Positions 48,397 through 58,629 of a stretch of 64,000 bases of DNA are shown piece after piece. Made by a program: the position numbers and the translations under genes. A model generated the notes under the pieces. That model did no database searches. It was not told the DNA's origin and was given only the letters and a program-made list of their open reading frames with translations. The stretch comes from Clostridiales bacterium (GTDB lineage Bacteria; Bacillota; Clostridia; Saccharofermentanales; Saccharofermentanaceae): contig JAFWDK010000010.1 of the NCBI GenBank assembly GCA_017513085.1, positions 256,001 to 320,000 on the forward strand. Reading direction: 5' to 3'. Each line of letters starts with the position of its first letter. Position 1 is the first letter of the stretch.

Positions 48397-50100
48397 ATGA
48401 AAAACATTCCACTTTATGAAGTCCGACACATTGAAGATCTGCGCGATATGCTGAAGCAGAGCGTTGAGTTATACGGTGATCAGCCGCTTTTCTATTATAA
48501 AAAAGTGAAGGGTGGCGACTACGAATACTATACGTTTAAAGAGTATAACCGTTCTGTTCAGGCGATGGGTACAGGTCTTTCGCACCTTTGTGGTTTAGGC
48601 TCGCGTATCGCGATTCTTGCTGAGACCAGATATGAATGGTATGTAAGTTATTTGGCAACTACGAACGGTACCGGCATTGTGGTTCCTTTGGACAAAGAAC
48701 TTCCTCCGGACGAGGTAGCCAGCTGTTTGAACCGTGCAGAGGTCAGCTGCATTATCTATTCTTCCTCAAAACAGAATGTTCTTGATCAGATCAAAGATCA
48801 GATCCCGAATGTAAAGTATTTTATCTGCATGGATAAGACCGATAAGGACGGCGTGCAGTACTTTTACGATGTATTGAATAAAGGTCAGGAACTCCTTGAT
48901 TCCGGAGACCGTCTGTTCCTGGATGCACCGATCGATCGGGAAGCTATGACCGTGCTGCTTTTCACTAGTGGTACTACGGATCGTTCCAAGGCGGTTATGC
49001 TGTGCCAGAAGAATATCTGCAAAAACCTTGAAGGTATGTGCTCCATGCTTTATATCGATCAGAATGATATGTTCCTGTCAGTCCTTCCTTTGCACCATAC
49101 TTATGAATGCACTTGTGGTTTTCTGTGTCAGGTTTATCGTGGCTCACATATTGCGATCTGCGAAGGTCTTCGCTATATCGTGCCGAATATGCAGCAATCC
49201 AAAGTATCCATCATACTGGTTGTACCGCTCATGCTTGAAAAATTTCATAAAAGCATCATGTCCAAGGCGAAAGCAACTAAGAAAATGGCCCGTAAATTTG
49301 AGTTTGGGCGTAAACTCTGCCGTTTCCTTCTGTTCTTTGGTATCGACAAGCGTAAGAAGATCTTCAAACAGGTCCATGAGACATTCGGTGGTAATCTTCG
49401 AATGATCATCAGCGGCGGTGCTGCCATCGATCCTCAGATCATGCAGGACATGCAGGATATGGGTTTTGGCTGTGTACAAGGTTATGGACTTACCGAGTGT
49501 GCACCGATCCTTGCCTTAAACCGTGACTGTGATTTCAATAACCGTGCGGCAGGTCTTCCGCTTCCGGATGTTGATGTACAAGTTATTGATAAAGATGAGA
49601 ATGGTATTGGCGAGTTTATCGCGAAGGGCGACAATGTCATGCTTGGCTACTACAAGGATGAGGAAGCTACCAAGGCCGCTTTAGATGAAAACGGTTACTA
49701 CCATACCGGCGATCTGGGATATATTGATAAAGACGGATTCTGTATCATTACCGGTCGAAAGAAGAATGTCATTATCGCCAAGAACGGTAAAAATGTATTC
49801 CCGGAAGAAATCGAAACTATGCTTTGTATGTCTGAATATGTTGAAGAGTGCCTGGTTTCCGGTGATGAAGAGAATGATGATGTTATTATCACCGCGACGA
49901 TCTTCCCGTGTATGGAAGAAGTCAAGAAACTTCTCGGTGAGAATCCGGATGATGATGCGATACAGAGTCTTTTGGAGGATGAAGTTTCTAAGGTTAATAA
50001 GAATCTGGTCAACTATAAACATATCAAGCGCGTGATCCTTAGAGAGACCGAGTTTGATAAAACAACAAGCAAGAAGATCAGAAGACAATATAAGAAGTAA
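48397..50100 (+). CDS. Long-chain acyl-CoA ligase (AMP-binding)
   Basis: FTSGTT, LPLHH, GYGLTE, YHTGDLG, GRKKN, KKIRR. Confidence 0.9.
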   Translation: MKNIPLYEVRHIEDLRDMLKQSVELYGDQPLFYYKKVKGGDYEYYTFKEYNRSVQAMGTGLSHLCGLGSRIAILAETRYEWYVSYLATTNGTGIVVPLDKELPPDEVASCLNRAEVSCIIYSSSKQNVLDQIKDQIPNVKYFICMDKTDKDGVQYFYDVLNKGQELLDSGDRLFLDAPIDREAMTVLLFTSGTTDRSKAVMLCQKNICKNLEGMCSMLYIDQNDMFLSVLPLHHTYECTCGFLCQVYRGSHIAICEGLRYIVPNMQQSKVSIILVVPLMLEKFHKSIMSKAKATKKMARKFEFGRKLCRFLLFFGIDKRKKIFKQVHETFGGNLRMIISGGAAIDPQIMQDMQDMGFGCVQGYGLTECAPILALNRDCDFNNRAAGLPLPDVDVQVIDKDENGIGEFIAKGDNVMLGYYKDEEATKAALDENGYYHTGDLGYIDKDGFCIITGRKKNVIIAKNGKNVFPEEIETMLCMSEYVEECLVSGDEENDDVIITATIFPCMEEVKKLLGENPDDDAIQSLLEDEVSKVNKNLVNYKHIKRVILRETEFDKTTSKKIRRQYKK

Positions 50101-50115
50101 TAAGGAGGCATCTGA

Positions 50116-51501
50116 ATGTTATCCACCGCAAGTATGGAGCGAATCCTCGCCGCGGCGCTTTCCCACGGCGGAGATTTCTCGGAAATCTATATCGAGCGGA
50201 CAAAATTATCGTCAGTGTCGTTGTTGAACGGCGTAGTAGAGAATACCGGTTCAAGTATTGATTGCGGAATCGGTATTCGCATTTTGGAAGGCGATAAATG
50301 TGTCTACGTGTATTCTAACGATATATACAATGAAGAAAAACTGATCCAAATGGCAAAGAATGCTTCGGCTTCATTGAAGGAAGTGCCTGGAGGAAGAACG
50401 GTTTACCTTAAACCTGTGATCGAATATAAGTCGCAGCCTTGCATTATTTCGCCATCTTCCGTTGCGAAGTCTGATAAAGTATATAAGCTTCGTAAGGCCG
50501 GTGAAACCGCCAAGAACTACTCATCTATGATTTCCCAGACTTCTGCAGCCTGCTCGGATGCGGAAAAGGAAATCTGGATCGCTAATTCGGAAGGCCTTTC
50601 CGTTTCGGATACCCGTTGCCGTACCAGACTCATCATTCAGGCTATCGCCAGTGACGGAAACGACAAACAAACCGGTTATTTCGGCCCTGGAAGTGGAGAA
50701 GGTTTCGAATTCGTCGAGAAATATGATCTTGATGAAAAGGCAAGAGAAGCCGCTCGTATCGCTTCGACGATGATATCCGCCAAACCTTGTCCATCCGGAA
50801 AGATGCCTGTTGTCATCGGCAATGCTTTTGGAGGAGTAATCTTCCACGAAGCCTGTGGACATGCATTGGAAGCTACTGCTGTCGGCATACGTGCGTCCTA
50901 TTTTACCGATAAAAAAGGACTTGCTATTGCCAGCCCGATAGTTACTGCGTATGACGATGCCAAGATCAACAAAGAATGGGGTAGTTACGATGTCGATGAT
51001 GAAGGAACACCTTCCACGACGAATCTTCTTATCAAGGACGGTATTTTGAACAGTTATCTTGTAGATCGTATCGGCAGCCGGAGAATGGGTGAACCTTCTA
51101 CAGGATGTGCAAGAAGACAGAATTACTCCTATGCGCCGACATCCCGTATGTCTAATACATTCATAGCTGCAGGAAAGAGTACGAAAGACGAGATCATTTC
51201 TGACACAGAATACGGGCTTTATGCATGCAACATGGGTGGCGGTTCTGTCGATACATCAACGGGAGAGTTCAATTTTGCCGTGAATGAAGCGTATATTATT
51301 CGTAATGGTAAGATTTGCGAGCCGGTTAAGGGAGCCACTCTGATTGGAAAAGGCAATGAAGTTCTTATGAACATCGATAAAGTGGGAGACGATCTGGCTT
51401 TGTCCCAGGGTATTTGTGGCTCCAGTAGTGGAAACATACCTGTGGATGTCGGACAGCCTACTATCCGCGTTTCAGAGATCACTGTCGGTGGACAGGCATA
51501 A
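50116..51501 (+). CDS. tldD: TldD metalloprotease
   Basis: HEACGHALE, DDEG, SRMSNT, C-terminal GICGS. Confidence 0.92.
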   Translation: MLSTASMERILAAALSHGGDFSEIYIERTKLSSVSLLNGVVENTGSSIDCGIGIRILEGDKCVYVYSNDIYNEEKLIQMAKNASASLKEVPGGRTVYLKPVIEYKSQPCIISPSSVAKSDKVYKLRKAGETAKNYSSMISQTSAACSDAEKEIWIANSEGLSVSDTRCRTRLIIQAIASDGNDKQTGYFGPGSGEGFEFVEKYDLDEKAREAARIASTMISAKPCPSGKMPVVIGNAFGGVIFHEACGHALEATAVGIRASYFTDKKGLAIASPIVTAYDDAKINKEWGSYDVDDEGTPSTTNLLIKDGILNSYLVDRIGSRRMGEPSTGCARRQNYSYAPTSRMSNTFIAAGKSTKDEIISDTEYGLYACNMGGGSVDTSTGEFNFAVNEAYIIRNGKICEPVKGATLIGKGNEVLMNIDKVGDDLALSQGICGSSSGNIPVDVGQPTIRVSEITVGGQA

Positions 51502-51513
51502 GAAGGGAAGAAT

Positions 51514-52872
51514 ATGGAAACAAGAATTCGTTCGTTAATAGATCAGCTTTTAAAGCAAGCAGCCGAAGAAGGCTTTTTGGAGTCTGAAGTATTTTTTGAG
51601 TCTGATGTTTCTACTTCTGTTCAGGCTCTGGAAGGGAAGATCGTCCAATATGAGAGTTCTGATGCTTCCGGACTTTCATTCCGTGGCCTTTTCAATGGCC
51701 AGATGGGTTATGCCTATACTGAGGATATCTCGGAAGATATGATCCCGTTTCTGCTTTCTCAGGCTAAAGATAATTGCCGGATCCTCGAAGTCAAAGAAAA
51801 AGTTACAGTGTATGAGGGAGAAAAGGAGTATCCTGAGTGTGAATTCTTCAACGAAGATCTTATTAAGATCGGGTACAATGAGCTGGCTGACACGGCGCTT
51901 CAACTGGAAAAGAAAACGTTGGCGTATGATTCTCGAATAGAATCTGTCGATGATTGCTATGTGGTGTATTCAAGCGGAGAACTTCTGATCACCAATTCCA
52001 AGGGAATGGTCTGTGAAAGTAAAGAAAACGGCATTTCTGTATATATTGGATGCCGTGCCCGTGATGGCGAAGATGTGCAAACAGCAGGAAAAAGCTGGTC
52101 TTTCACATCTTATGATCAACTGAACATGGACGAATGCGCGATGACAGTCGGTAAAAAAGTAATCGAAAAACTTGGCGCACACTCGGTTCCATCGGTCAAA
52201 ACTTCGATCGTATTAGACAGATTTGCCGCAAGAAGCCTGCTTGGCGCATTTGCGGGTGCTTTTTCCGCAGAAGCCATGCAAAAAGGACTTTCCCGTCTTG
52301 CCGGCCGTGTCGGAGAAAAGATCGCGAATACCAACATTACGCTGATCGATGAAGGTATGATCGGTGATTCTCCACTGTGTATTCCTTTTGACTCGGAAGG
52401 CGTTTCGGCTAAGCGTACTGTTCTGATCGATAAAGGCGTATTTGTCTCGGCACTGCATAACCGGAAAACTGCTTTGGTAGAGGGGACTGTGAGTACAGGT
52501 AATGGATTCCGTGGCGGAGCCAAGGGGTCTCTTGGTATTTCTCCTACGAATCTCCATTTTGAAAAAGGTACTCTTTCATTTGAGGCGCTTCTGGAAAAGA
52601 TGAAGGATGGAATTCTGATCACGGCTCTTCACGGCTTGCATGCCGGTGTAAACGGCATTTCCGGTGATTTTTCTCTTATGACGGAGGGATTCCTTGTAAA
52701 AGATGGAAAAATCACTGAGCCGGTCAATCAGATCACTGTAGCAGATAATTTCTTTGATGTGCTTCTTAAGATTGAAGATCTTGCAGATGATGTGGATTAT
52801 TATGCTTTTGACGGATCCCACATTCAGTCTCCAAGCTTATTGATTCCGAACGTTTCGGTCGCTGGTGAATGA
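51514..52872 (+). CDS. pmbA: TldE/PmbA protein
   Basis: PFDSEG, STGNG, GLHAG, SGDFS; lacks HExxxH; follows tldD. Confidence 0.9.
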   Translation: METRIRSLIDQLLKQAAEEGFLESEVFFESDVSTSVQALEGKIVQYESSDASGLSFRGLFNGQMGYAYTEDISEDMIPFLLSQAKDNCRILEVKEKVTVYEGEKEYPECEFFNEDLIKIGYNELADTALQLEKKTLAYDSRIESVDDCYVVYSSGELLITNSKGMVCESKENGISVYIGCRARDGEDVQTAGKSWSFTSYDQLNMDECAMTVGKKVIEKLGAHSVPSVKTSIVLDRFAARSLLGAFAGAFSAEAMQKGLSRLAGRVGEKIANTNITLIDEGMIGDSPLCIPFDSEGVSAKRTVLIDKGVFVSALHNRKTALVEGTVSTGNGFRGGAKGSLGISPTNLHFEKGTLSFEALLEKMKDGILITALHGLHAGVNGISGDFSLMTEGFLVKDGKITEPVNQITVADNFFDVLLKIEDLADDVDYYAFDGSHIQSPSLLIPNVSVAGE

Positions 52873-52874
52873 TC

Positions 52875-54311
52875 TTATAACACAGTCGGATTTCGATGGT
52901 TTTTGCGTAGTTTTCTTTTCCTGGTCATTTTGATGAAAAGGCTTATTGCGAATACCGTTAAGAAAAGAAGAAGAAGTCCTACAAATGAAACAATGATCAT
53001 GTTTACGATACTAAAGGTTGAAGCATCTTTAGTATCTTTTTTTGTATCTTCTTTAACCGTGCTGTTTACGATTTGGATAGAAATGTAGCCGATGCGGTAT
53101 CTGGTTTCATTGCTGAATACCCGGTCAACCGGAACGACGACTGTCTGCTCACTTAATTGAGGTGAGATCGTGACTTTCGAAAGATCTACGACAGTACTGT
53201 ATCCGCTATCTGTAAGGGATAAAGGTACGGAGTAGTATTTCAGGCTGGTGATATTGATGGAATCGATCCGTAGATCCGTGCCTTCAAGTGCGCTCTGGAT
53301 CTGTGAGATGGTTGTCTTTTCAGGATCGGCAAACTCGGAATCTTCAATTTTGGTCGTGGTATATTTACTGAAACAGTATTCGAGAAGTTCCATCATTTCG
53401 CTGTATCTCTTCTCCGCGTCAGATGCACGCATCATAACACCGACCAGTCGTTTTCCTTCTTTCTCTGCTCCGGCAATGATAGTATATCCTAAGCCTTCCG
53501 TATAACCTGTTTTTCCGCCGATATAGTACTCATATGCAAGCTGCGGGGAAGAGATATATCTGTTTCCGTTATTTAAAATGCGCTTGTCGTTGTACTTATT
53601 TGTTGGCTCCATTGTGTAGGATAGACTTGTTGCAATGCTGATATATGTCGGATGATTCAGTGCTTCTTTAAGGATTAAAGCGAGATCATGGCATGTCGAA
53701 TAATGGTCATAATCAGATTTTCCATAAGGGTTGGAAAAGTGAGTATGGGTACAGCCGAGCTCCATCGCGCGCTTGTTCATTAAATCTACGAATGATTTTT
53801 CGGACCCGGCCATTTCAATGGCCAGCGCCATGCAGGCGTCGTTTGCGGATTTTAAAATGCAGGAATAAAGACACTCTTCTACTGTAACGATCTCGCCCTC
53901 CTCAAATCCAATACGTACAAAATCTCTCGGAATCGTTTCGTACATGCTCGGTTTGAATGTGATCTTATCCGATAACTGCAGGTTTTCCAAAGCAAGAAGA
54001 ACAGTCATGATCTGCGTGATGCTGGCCGGTTCCATCTGGCTTTCATAATCTTTACCGATCAGCATGGTGTCCGAAAGAGCGTCATAGACGAGATATCCGT
54101 TTGCATTCGGCTCGATAAGCCCTGACGGTGAAGGGTCCAGAAGACCTTCTACAGGATTCCCGGGTTGGTCGGTTGATTCTTGACGGACATCCTCAGTATT
54201 CTTGCTTTCGTCTGCAAAAAGAAGTTTGAAAGGAAAGAATGAACATAGGAAAACGACGGCTAGAAAACCGGCGATCATCTCTAACGTACGCGAGTGCTTC
54301 TTCCTGTTCAT
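52875..54311 (-). CDS. D-Ala-D-Ala carboxypeptidase (S11/PBP5)-like protein with SxxQ variant
   Basis: Signal peptide, PASITQIMT, SAN, NPYG, KTG, C-terminal TM anchor; start uncertain (54311 or 54317). Confidence 0.8.
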   Translation of the reverse strand: MNRKKHSRTLEMIAGFLAVVFLCSFFPFKLLFADESKNTEDVRQESTDQPGNPVEGLLDPSPSGLIEPNANGYLVYDALSDTMLIGKDYESQMEPASITQIMTVLLALENLQLSDKITFKPSMYETIPRDFVRIGFEEGEIVTVEECLYSCILKSANDACMALAIEMAGSEKSFVDLMNKRAMELGCTHTHFSNPYGKSDYDHYSTCHDLALILKEALNHPTYISIATSLSYTMEPTNKYNDKRILNNGNRYISSPQLAYEYYIGGKTGYTEGLGYTIIAGAEKEGKRLVGVMMRASDAEKRYSEMMELLEYCFSKYTTTKIEDSEFADPEKTTISQIQSALEGTDLRIDSINITSLKYYSVPLSLTDSGYSTVVDLSKVTISPQLSEQTVVVPVDRVFSNETRYRIGYISIQIVNSTVKEDTKKDTKDASTFSIVNMIIVSFVGLLLLFLTVFAISLFIKMTRKRKLRKNHRNPTVL

Positions 54312-54438
54312 CTTCATGCTCCACCTGTATTTTTTTCGATTCGATCGATTTTTTTCATTCACAAACCCCGTTAATTCATGTATCATTAAAGGGTCAAAAA
54401 CAACGAAATAAATCGAAGTAGAAATCGAGGTAATTTAC

Positions 54439-55932
54439 GTGTCAACAGTTATTGTATCGCAAGATGAATTATTGCGCCATAATTCTGTACTTACGTACCT
54501 GAAAAATGAGATCTCTGCCCGCGCGCAAGAGAAGGGCAGGAGCCTTACATATTTTATCCGTACCTATGGATGCCAATTAAATGAAGCTGATAGTGAAAAA
54601 CTGGCCGGAGTATTCCAAGAAATCGGTCTTGTTGAGGCGCAAGAGCACGAAGCGCCGGATTTTCTTCTCCTGAATACATGTACGATCCGTGAGAATGCAG
54701 ATGTACGACTGTTTGGTAATTTAGGTATGTATAAGACCTGGAAGATCCAGAATCCTGAAATGTTTATCGCAGTTTGCGGATGTATGATGAAGCAGCAGGA
54801 AAACGTCGATAAGATCAAGAAAAGTTTTCCTTTTGTCGATGCCTGCTTCGGACCGGCAGATATCCATTTATTTCCGTCTATTCTTGAGAAGAAACTCAAT
54901 CAGAGAAAACGTGTTTTCTCCATTTCTGAAGAAGATTATCTTGTTGAGGACAACTGTATTCCGGTAAAGCGCAAGCGTAAATTCCGTGCTTTGGTACCGA
55001 TCATGTACGGATGTAATAATTTCTGCACATATTGTGTTGTTCCGTTTACTCGGGGAAGAGAACGTTCCCGTGAATCAGGAATGATCTTGAAACAACTGTC
55101 TGAACTTGCAGCTTCCGGTTATCATGAAGTGATGCTCCTTGGACAGAATGTCAACTCTTATGGAAAAGACCGTGATGACGAGATTTCTTTTGCGGAGCTG
55201 TTGGAAAAAGCAGCTCAGATCGAGGGCTTTTCACGTATACGTTTTATGACTTCTCATCCGAAAGATATTTCTGATGATGTGATAATGACTATGCAGAAAT
55301 ATCCGAATATTGAACGTCATCTCCATCTGCCCATGCAATCAGGAAGTGACCGAATATTAAAAAACATGAACCGGCATTATGATCAGGCACAGTTCTTGCG
55401 CACCGCGTTAAAGTTCCGTGAATGCCTTCCGGATGCAACATTGTCTACCGATATTATTGTCGGATTCCCCGGTGAAACCGAAGAAGACTTTCAGCAGACT
55501 TTGGAAGTTGTGAAGAAATGTAAGTTTGATAGTGCTTTTACCTTCCAGTATTCAAAAAGACCGGGCACCAAGGCCGCCGTCATGCCGGATCAGGTGCCTC
55601 AGGATGTTGTCACTGAGCGGTTCGGCAGGCTCTTGGAACTGCAGAATGAATTGACTTTTGAGTCTAACCGTTCGGTTGTCGGTACGACCGAAGAAATTCT
55701 GATCGAGGGTAGAAGTGCCACTGCTTTTAATATCCTTACGGGACGTACACGTTCGAATCGTCTTGTGAATTTTACTATTCCGGCTGGCGTGACTTATCAG
55801 GGAAAAACCATCGATACATCTGATCCGTCTTTTCAAGCAGATCAATTCGAAGGCGTACTGGCGATGGTCAGATTGACCGGCGCGCGTCCGTTTTCGGTAG
55901 AAGGGGAATTGGAGAGTTTTATTGATGGATAA
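54439..55932 (+). CDS. miaB: tRNA-2-methylthio-N6-dimethylallyladenosine synthase
   Basis: TYGCQLN..DSE, NTCTIRE, CNNFCTYC, LLGQNVNSYG, TSHP, TRAM domain. Confidence 0.95.
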   Translation: MSTVIVSQDELLRHNSVLTYLKNEISARAQEKGRSLTYFIRTYGCQLNEADSEKLAGVFQEIGLVEAQEHEAPDFLLLNTCTIRENADVRLFGNLGMYKTWKIQNPEMFIAVCGCMMKQQENVDKIKKSFPFVDACFGPADIHLFPSILEKKLNQRKRVFSISEEDYLVEDNCIPVKRKRKFRALVPIMYGCNNFCTYCVVPFTRGRERSRESGMILKQLSELAASGYHEVMLLGQNVNSYGKDRDDEISFAELLEKAAQIEGFSRIRFMTSHPKDISDDVIMTMQKYPNIERHLHLPMQSGSDRILKNMNRHYDQAQFLRTALKFRECLPDATLSTDIIVGFPGETEEDFQQTLEVVKKCKFDSAFTFQYSKRPGTKAAVMPDQVPQDVVTERFGRLLELQNELTFESNRSVVGTTEEILIEGRSATAFNILTGRTRSNRLVNFTIPAGVTYQGKTIDTSDPSFQADQFEGVLAMVRLTGARPFSVEGELESFIDG

Positions 55933-58627
55933 CGATGAACTTTTAACCTATAGCTCCGTAAATGCTGCTGATCTTTCACCAATGATGCGTCAGTATTTTG
56001 AGATGAAGCATCTGGCGAAGGATGCTATTCTGATGTTCCGTCTCGGCGATTTCTATGAGATGTTTTTTGACGATGCCATCATGGTTTCCCGTTTGTTGGA
56101 ACTGACGCTGACTTCCCGTGATTGTGGACTTGAGAAGCGTGCTCCGATGTGTGGTGTCCCTCATCATTCTGCTTCTTCGTATATGCAAAGACTTGTTACG
56201 CAAGGGTATAAAGTTGCTATCTGTGAGCAGATGGAGGATCCGGCGTTGGCTAAGGGCCTTGTTAAGCGTTCCATTACTCGGGTTTTGACTCCAGGTACGG
56301 TAACCGATACAAGTGGCTTGGATGATAAGAAGAACAATTATCTGGTAAGTATCTATAAGGTGGGCATGCAGTATGGTGTTGCTTCAGCAGATATTACGAC
56401 CGGTATCATCGAAGCGACGCAACTTATTAACGGAAATACTTCATCACATCTTGTGAATCTTCTTTCCAAGTATCGTGCTTCGGAATTGATCTATAATGAG
56501 GATTTTGTAAAAGATCCGCTCTTTTCCTATATTCAGGATAATCTCGTAGCTTCCGTAACACTTCGCCCGAATGAGGATTTCCGTAGCGGCCTTTCGGATC
56601 GTGTATTGCCGGAAAAATATAAAAAGACTTCTTCGCCATCTTCAAAAAAGAAGGCCAGTTCTTTTGCCGATGAAGCGAAAAACATGCTTTTGATTTCAGC
56701 TATCGATGCGATTCTGGCTTATCTGGATGAGACACAGCAGTCGTGTGTTACGCATTTTTCCGAAGCCAGGATCTTCGAGATCTCGGAAACGATGGAACTG
56801 GATGTTTCGACAAGAACTAACCTGGAAATTACTTCCACAATACGCTCCAAGTCCAAGAAAGGCAGCCTGTTATGGGCCATCGACCTTACCGAGACTTCCA
56901 TGGGGGGGCGTATGCTTCGCCAATTCGTCGAAGAACCTTTGATCGATATCGATCAGATTCGCGAGAGATTGGATGCTGTAGAACAGGCGAAAGAAAACTT
57001 CATGGCACGACAGGAACTGCGTGAAGCTTTACAGGGTGTTTATGACATAGAAAGACTGGCCAGCCGTATTTCGCTTTCTTCTGTAAATGCGAGAGATCTT
57101 CTTTGCCTGCGCAATACTTTATCCAAACTTCCGTATTTGCGGCAGTGTGCCGCTTGCTTCAATAAGGGTATCCTGGCCAAAGCGCATGATGATCTGGAAG
57201 ATCTATCTGACATATATGAACTTCTGGATAGTTCTTTGGCAGAAGATCCGCCGATTTCCATCAAAGAAGGCGGCATCATTAAAGATGGATATAACGAAGA
57301 GGCGGATAAGTTGCGTCATGCTTCGAAAGATGGTAAGTCGATCATACTTGAGATGGAAGCCAAGGAAAGAGAAGCTACCGGTATTAAAAACCTTAAAATC
57401 AGCTATAACAAGGTATTCGGTTATTATATCGAAGTTTCCAAAGGAAATGTGTCGTTGGTTCCGGATCATTATATCCGTAAGCAGACGCTTACGACCGGCG
57501 AACGCTATATCACGGAAGAAATGAAAAAAATCGAGGAATCGATCGTCGGCGCGACGGCAAAACTCATTAACCTTGAGTATGAATTATTCTGCGATATACG
57601 TGAGAAGATTGCATCTCAGGTTCACAGGCTGTTCAAAGTGGCCTCTTCATTATCTATGCTTGATGTCATCATGTCTTTAGGCGAGCTGGCAGAGCGGAAT
57701 AATTACTGCAGACCTCTGATCGATGATTCTACGGTTCTGGAAATTGAAGAAGGCCGTCATCCTGTCGTTGAAAAAATGTTGAAAGAAGGGGAGTTTGTAC
57801 CGAACGGGATCCATATGGATCAGGAAAGCAAACGGATCATGATCCTGACCGGCCCGAATATGGCCGGTAAATCCACCTTTATGCGTCAGACGGCACTGAT
57901 CGTTTTGATGGCTCAGATAGGAAGTTTTGTACCTGCTACATCCGCGCATATAGGTATTGTCGATCGTATTTTCACCAGGATCGGTGCATCCGATGATATC
58001 TCACTGGGTCAATCCACTTTTATGGTCGAGATGAATGAGGTTTCAACGATCCTTCGTAACGGAACCTACCGAAGCCTGCTATTACTCGACGAAGTCGGCC
58101 GTGGAACAAGCACTTATGACGGACTTGCCATAGCTTGGGCAATTATCGAGTTTATTGCTAATCGTTCCATTATGTTTGCCAGAACTATATTCGCCACACA
58201 CTATCACGAATTGAATCAGCTTGAGAAGACGATCGAGGGCGTATACAATTCGCATGTTGAAGTGGAAGAAAAGGATAAAGAAGTACATTTCCTTCATAAG
58301 ATTTCAGATGGTGGTACTTCTGACAGTTATGGTATTGAGGTTGCACGTTTGGCAGGTGTTCCTGTTGACGTGGTCGACCGTGCCAATATTATTCTTTCCG
58401 AATTGGAAAACATGAAGAAGATGTCGCTCACATATACGTCCGGCGCAGAAGGGTTCGAAGCACCCTTATCCGGACAGCTTCCGATATTTGCACCTAAGGG
58501 GACAACTTCCAACGGAAGTGACAGTTTGCGAAGTGAACTGGTCAATCTGGACATTTCCACGATCACACCATTGGAAGCGATTAATATTCTCTATTCTTTG
58601 ATTGAAAAAGCGAAAGGAGATAAGTAA
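55925..58627 (+). CDS. mutS: DNA mismatch repair protein MutS
   Basis: SPMMRQY, GDFYEMF, TGPNMAGKST, STFMVEM, DEVGRGTST, ATHYHEL, clamp motif QLPIF. Confidence 0.97.
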   Translation: MDNDELLTYSSVNAADLSPMMRQYFEMKHLAKDAILMFRLGDFYEMFFDDAIMVSRLLELTLTSRDCGLEKRAPMCGVPHHSASSYMQRLVTQGYKVAICEQMEDPALAKGLVKRSITRVLTPGTVTDTSGLDDKKNNYLVSIYKVGMQYGVASADITTGIIEATQLINGNTSSHLVNLLSKYRASELIYNEDFVKDPLFSYIQDNLVASVTLRPNEDFRSGLSDRVLPEKYKKTSSPSSKKKASSFADEAKNMLLISAIDAILAYLDETQQSCVTHFSEARIFEISETMELDVSTRTNLEITSTIRSKSKKGSLLWAIDLTETSMGGRMLRQFVEEPLIDIDQIRERLDAVEQAKENFMARQELREALQGVYDIERLASRISLSSVNARDLLCLRNTLSKLPYLRQCAACFNKGILAKAHDDLEDLSDIYELLDSSLAEDPPISIKEGGIIKDGYNEEADKLRHASKDGKSIILEMEAKEREATGIKNLKISYNKVFGYYIEVSKGNVSLVPDHYIRKQTLTTGERYITEEMKKIEESIVGATAKLINLEYELFCDIREKIASQVHRLFKVASSLSMLDVIMSLGELAERNNYCRPLIDDSTVLEIEEGRHPVVEKMLKEGEFVPNGIHMDQESKRIMILTGPNMAGKSTFMRQTALIVLMAQIGSFVPATSAHIGIVDRIFTRIGASDDISLGQSTFMVEMNEVSTILRNGTYRSLLLLDEVGRGTSTYDGLAIAWAIIEFIANRSIMFARTIFATHYHELNQLEKTIEGVYNSHVEVEEKDKEVHFLHKISDGGTSDSYGIEVARLAGVPVDVVDRANIILSELENMKKMSLTYTSGAEGFEAPLSGQLPIFAPKGTTSNGSDSLRSELVNLDISTITPLEAINILYSLIEKAKGDK

Positions 58628-58629
58628 AA

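Noticed and set aside
56902-56908. G7 tract in mutS as a phase-variable mutator switch
   Set aside because: It encodes the conserved MGGR motif, is short, and G6 runs occur in other genes here (23202, 47483), so it is compatible with chance.
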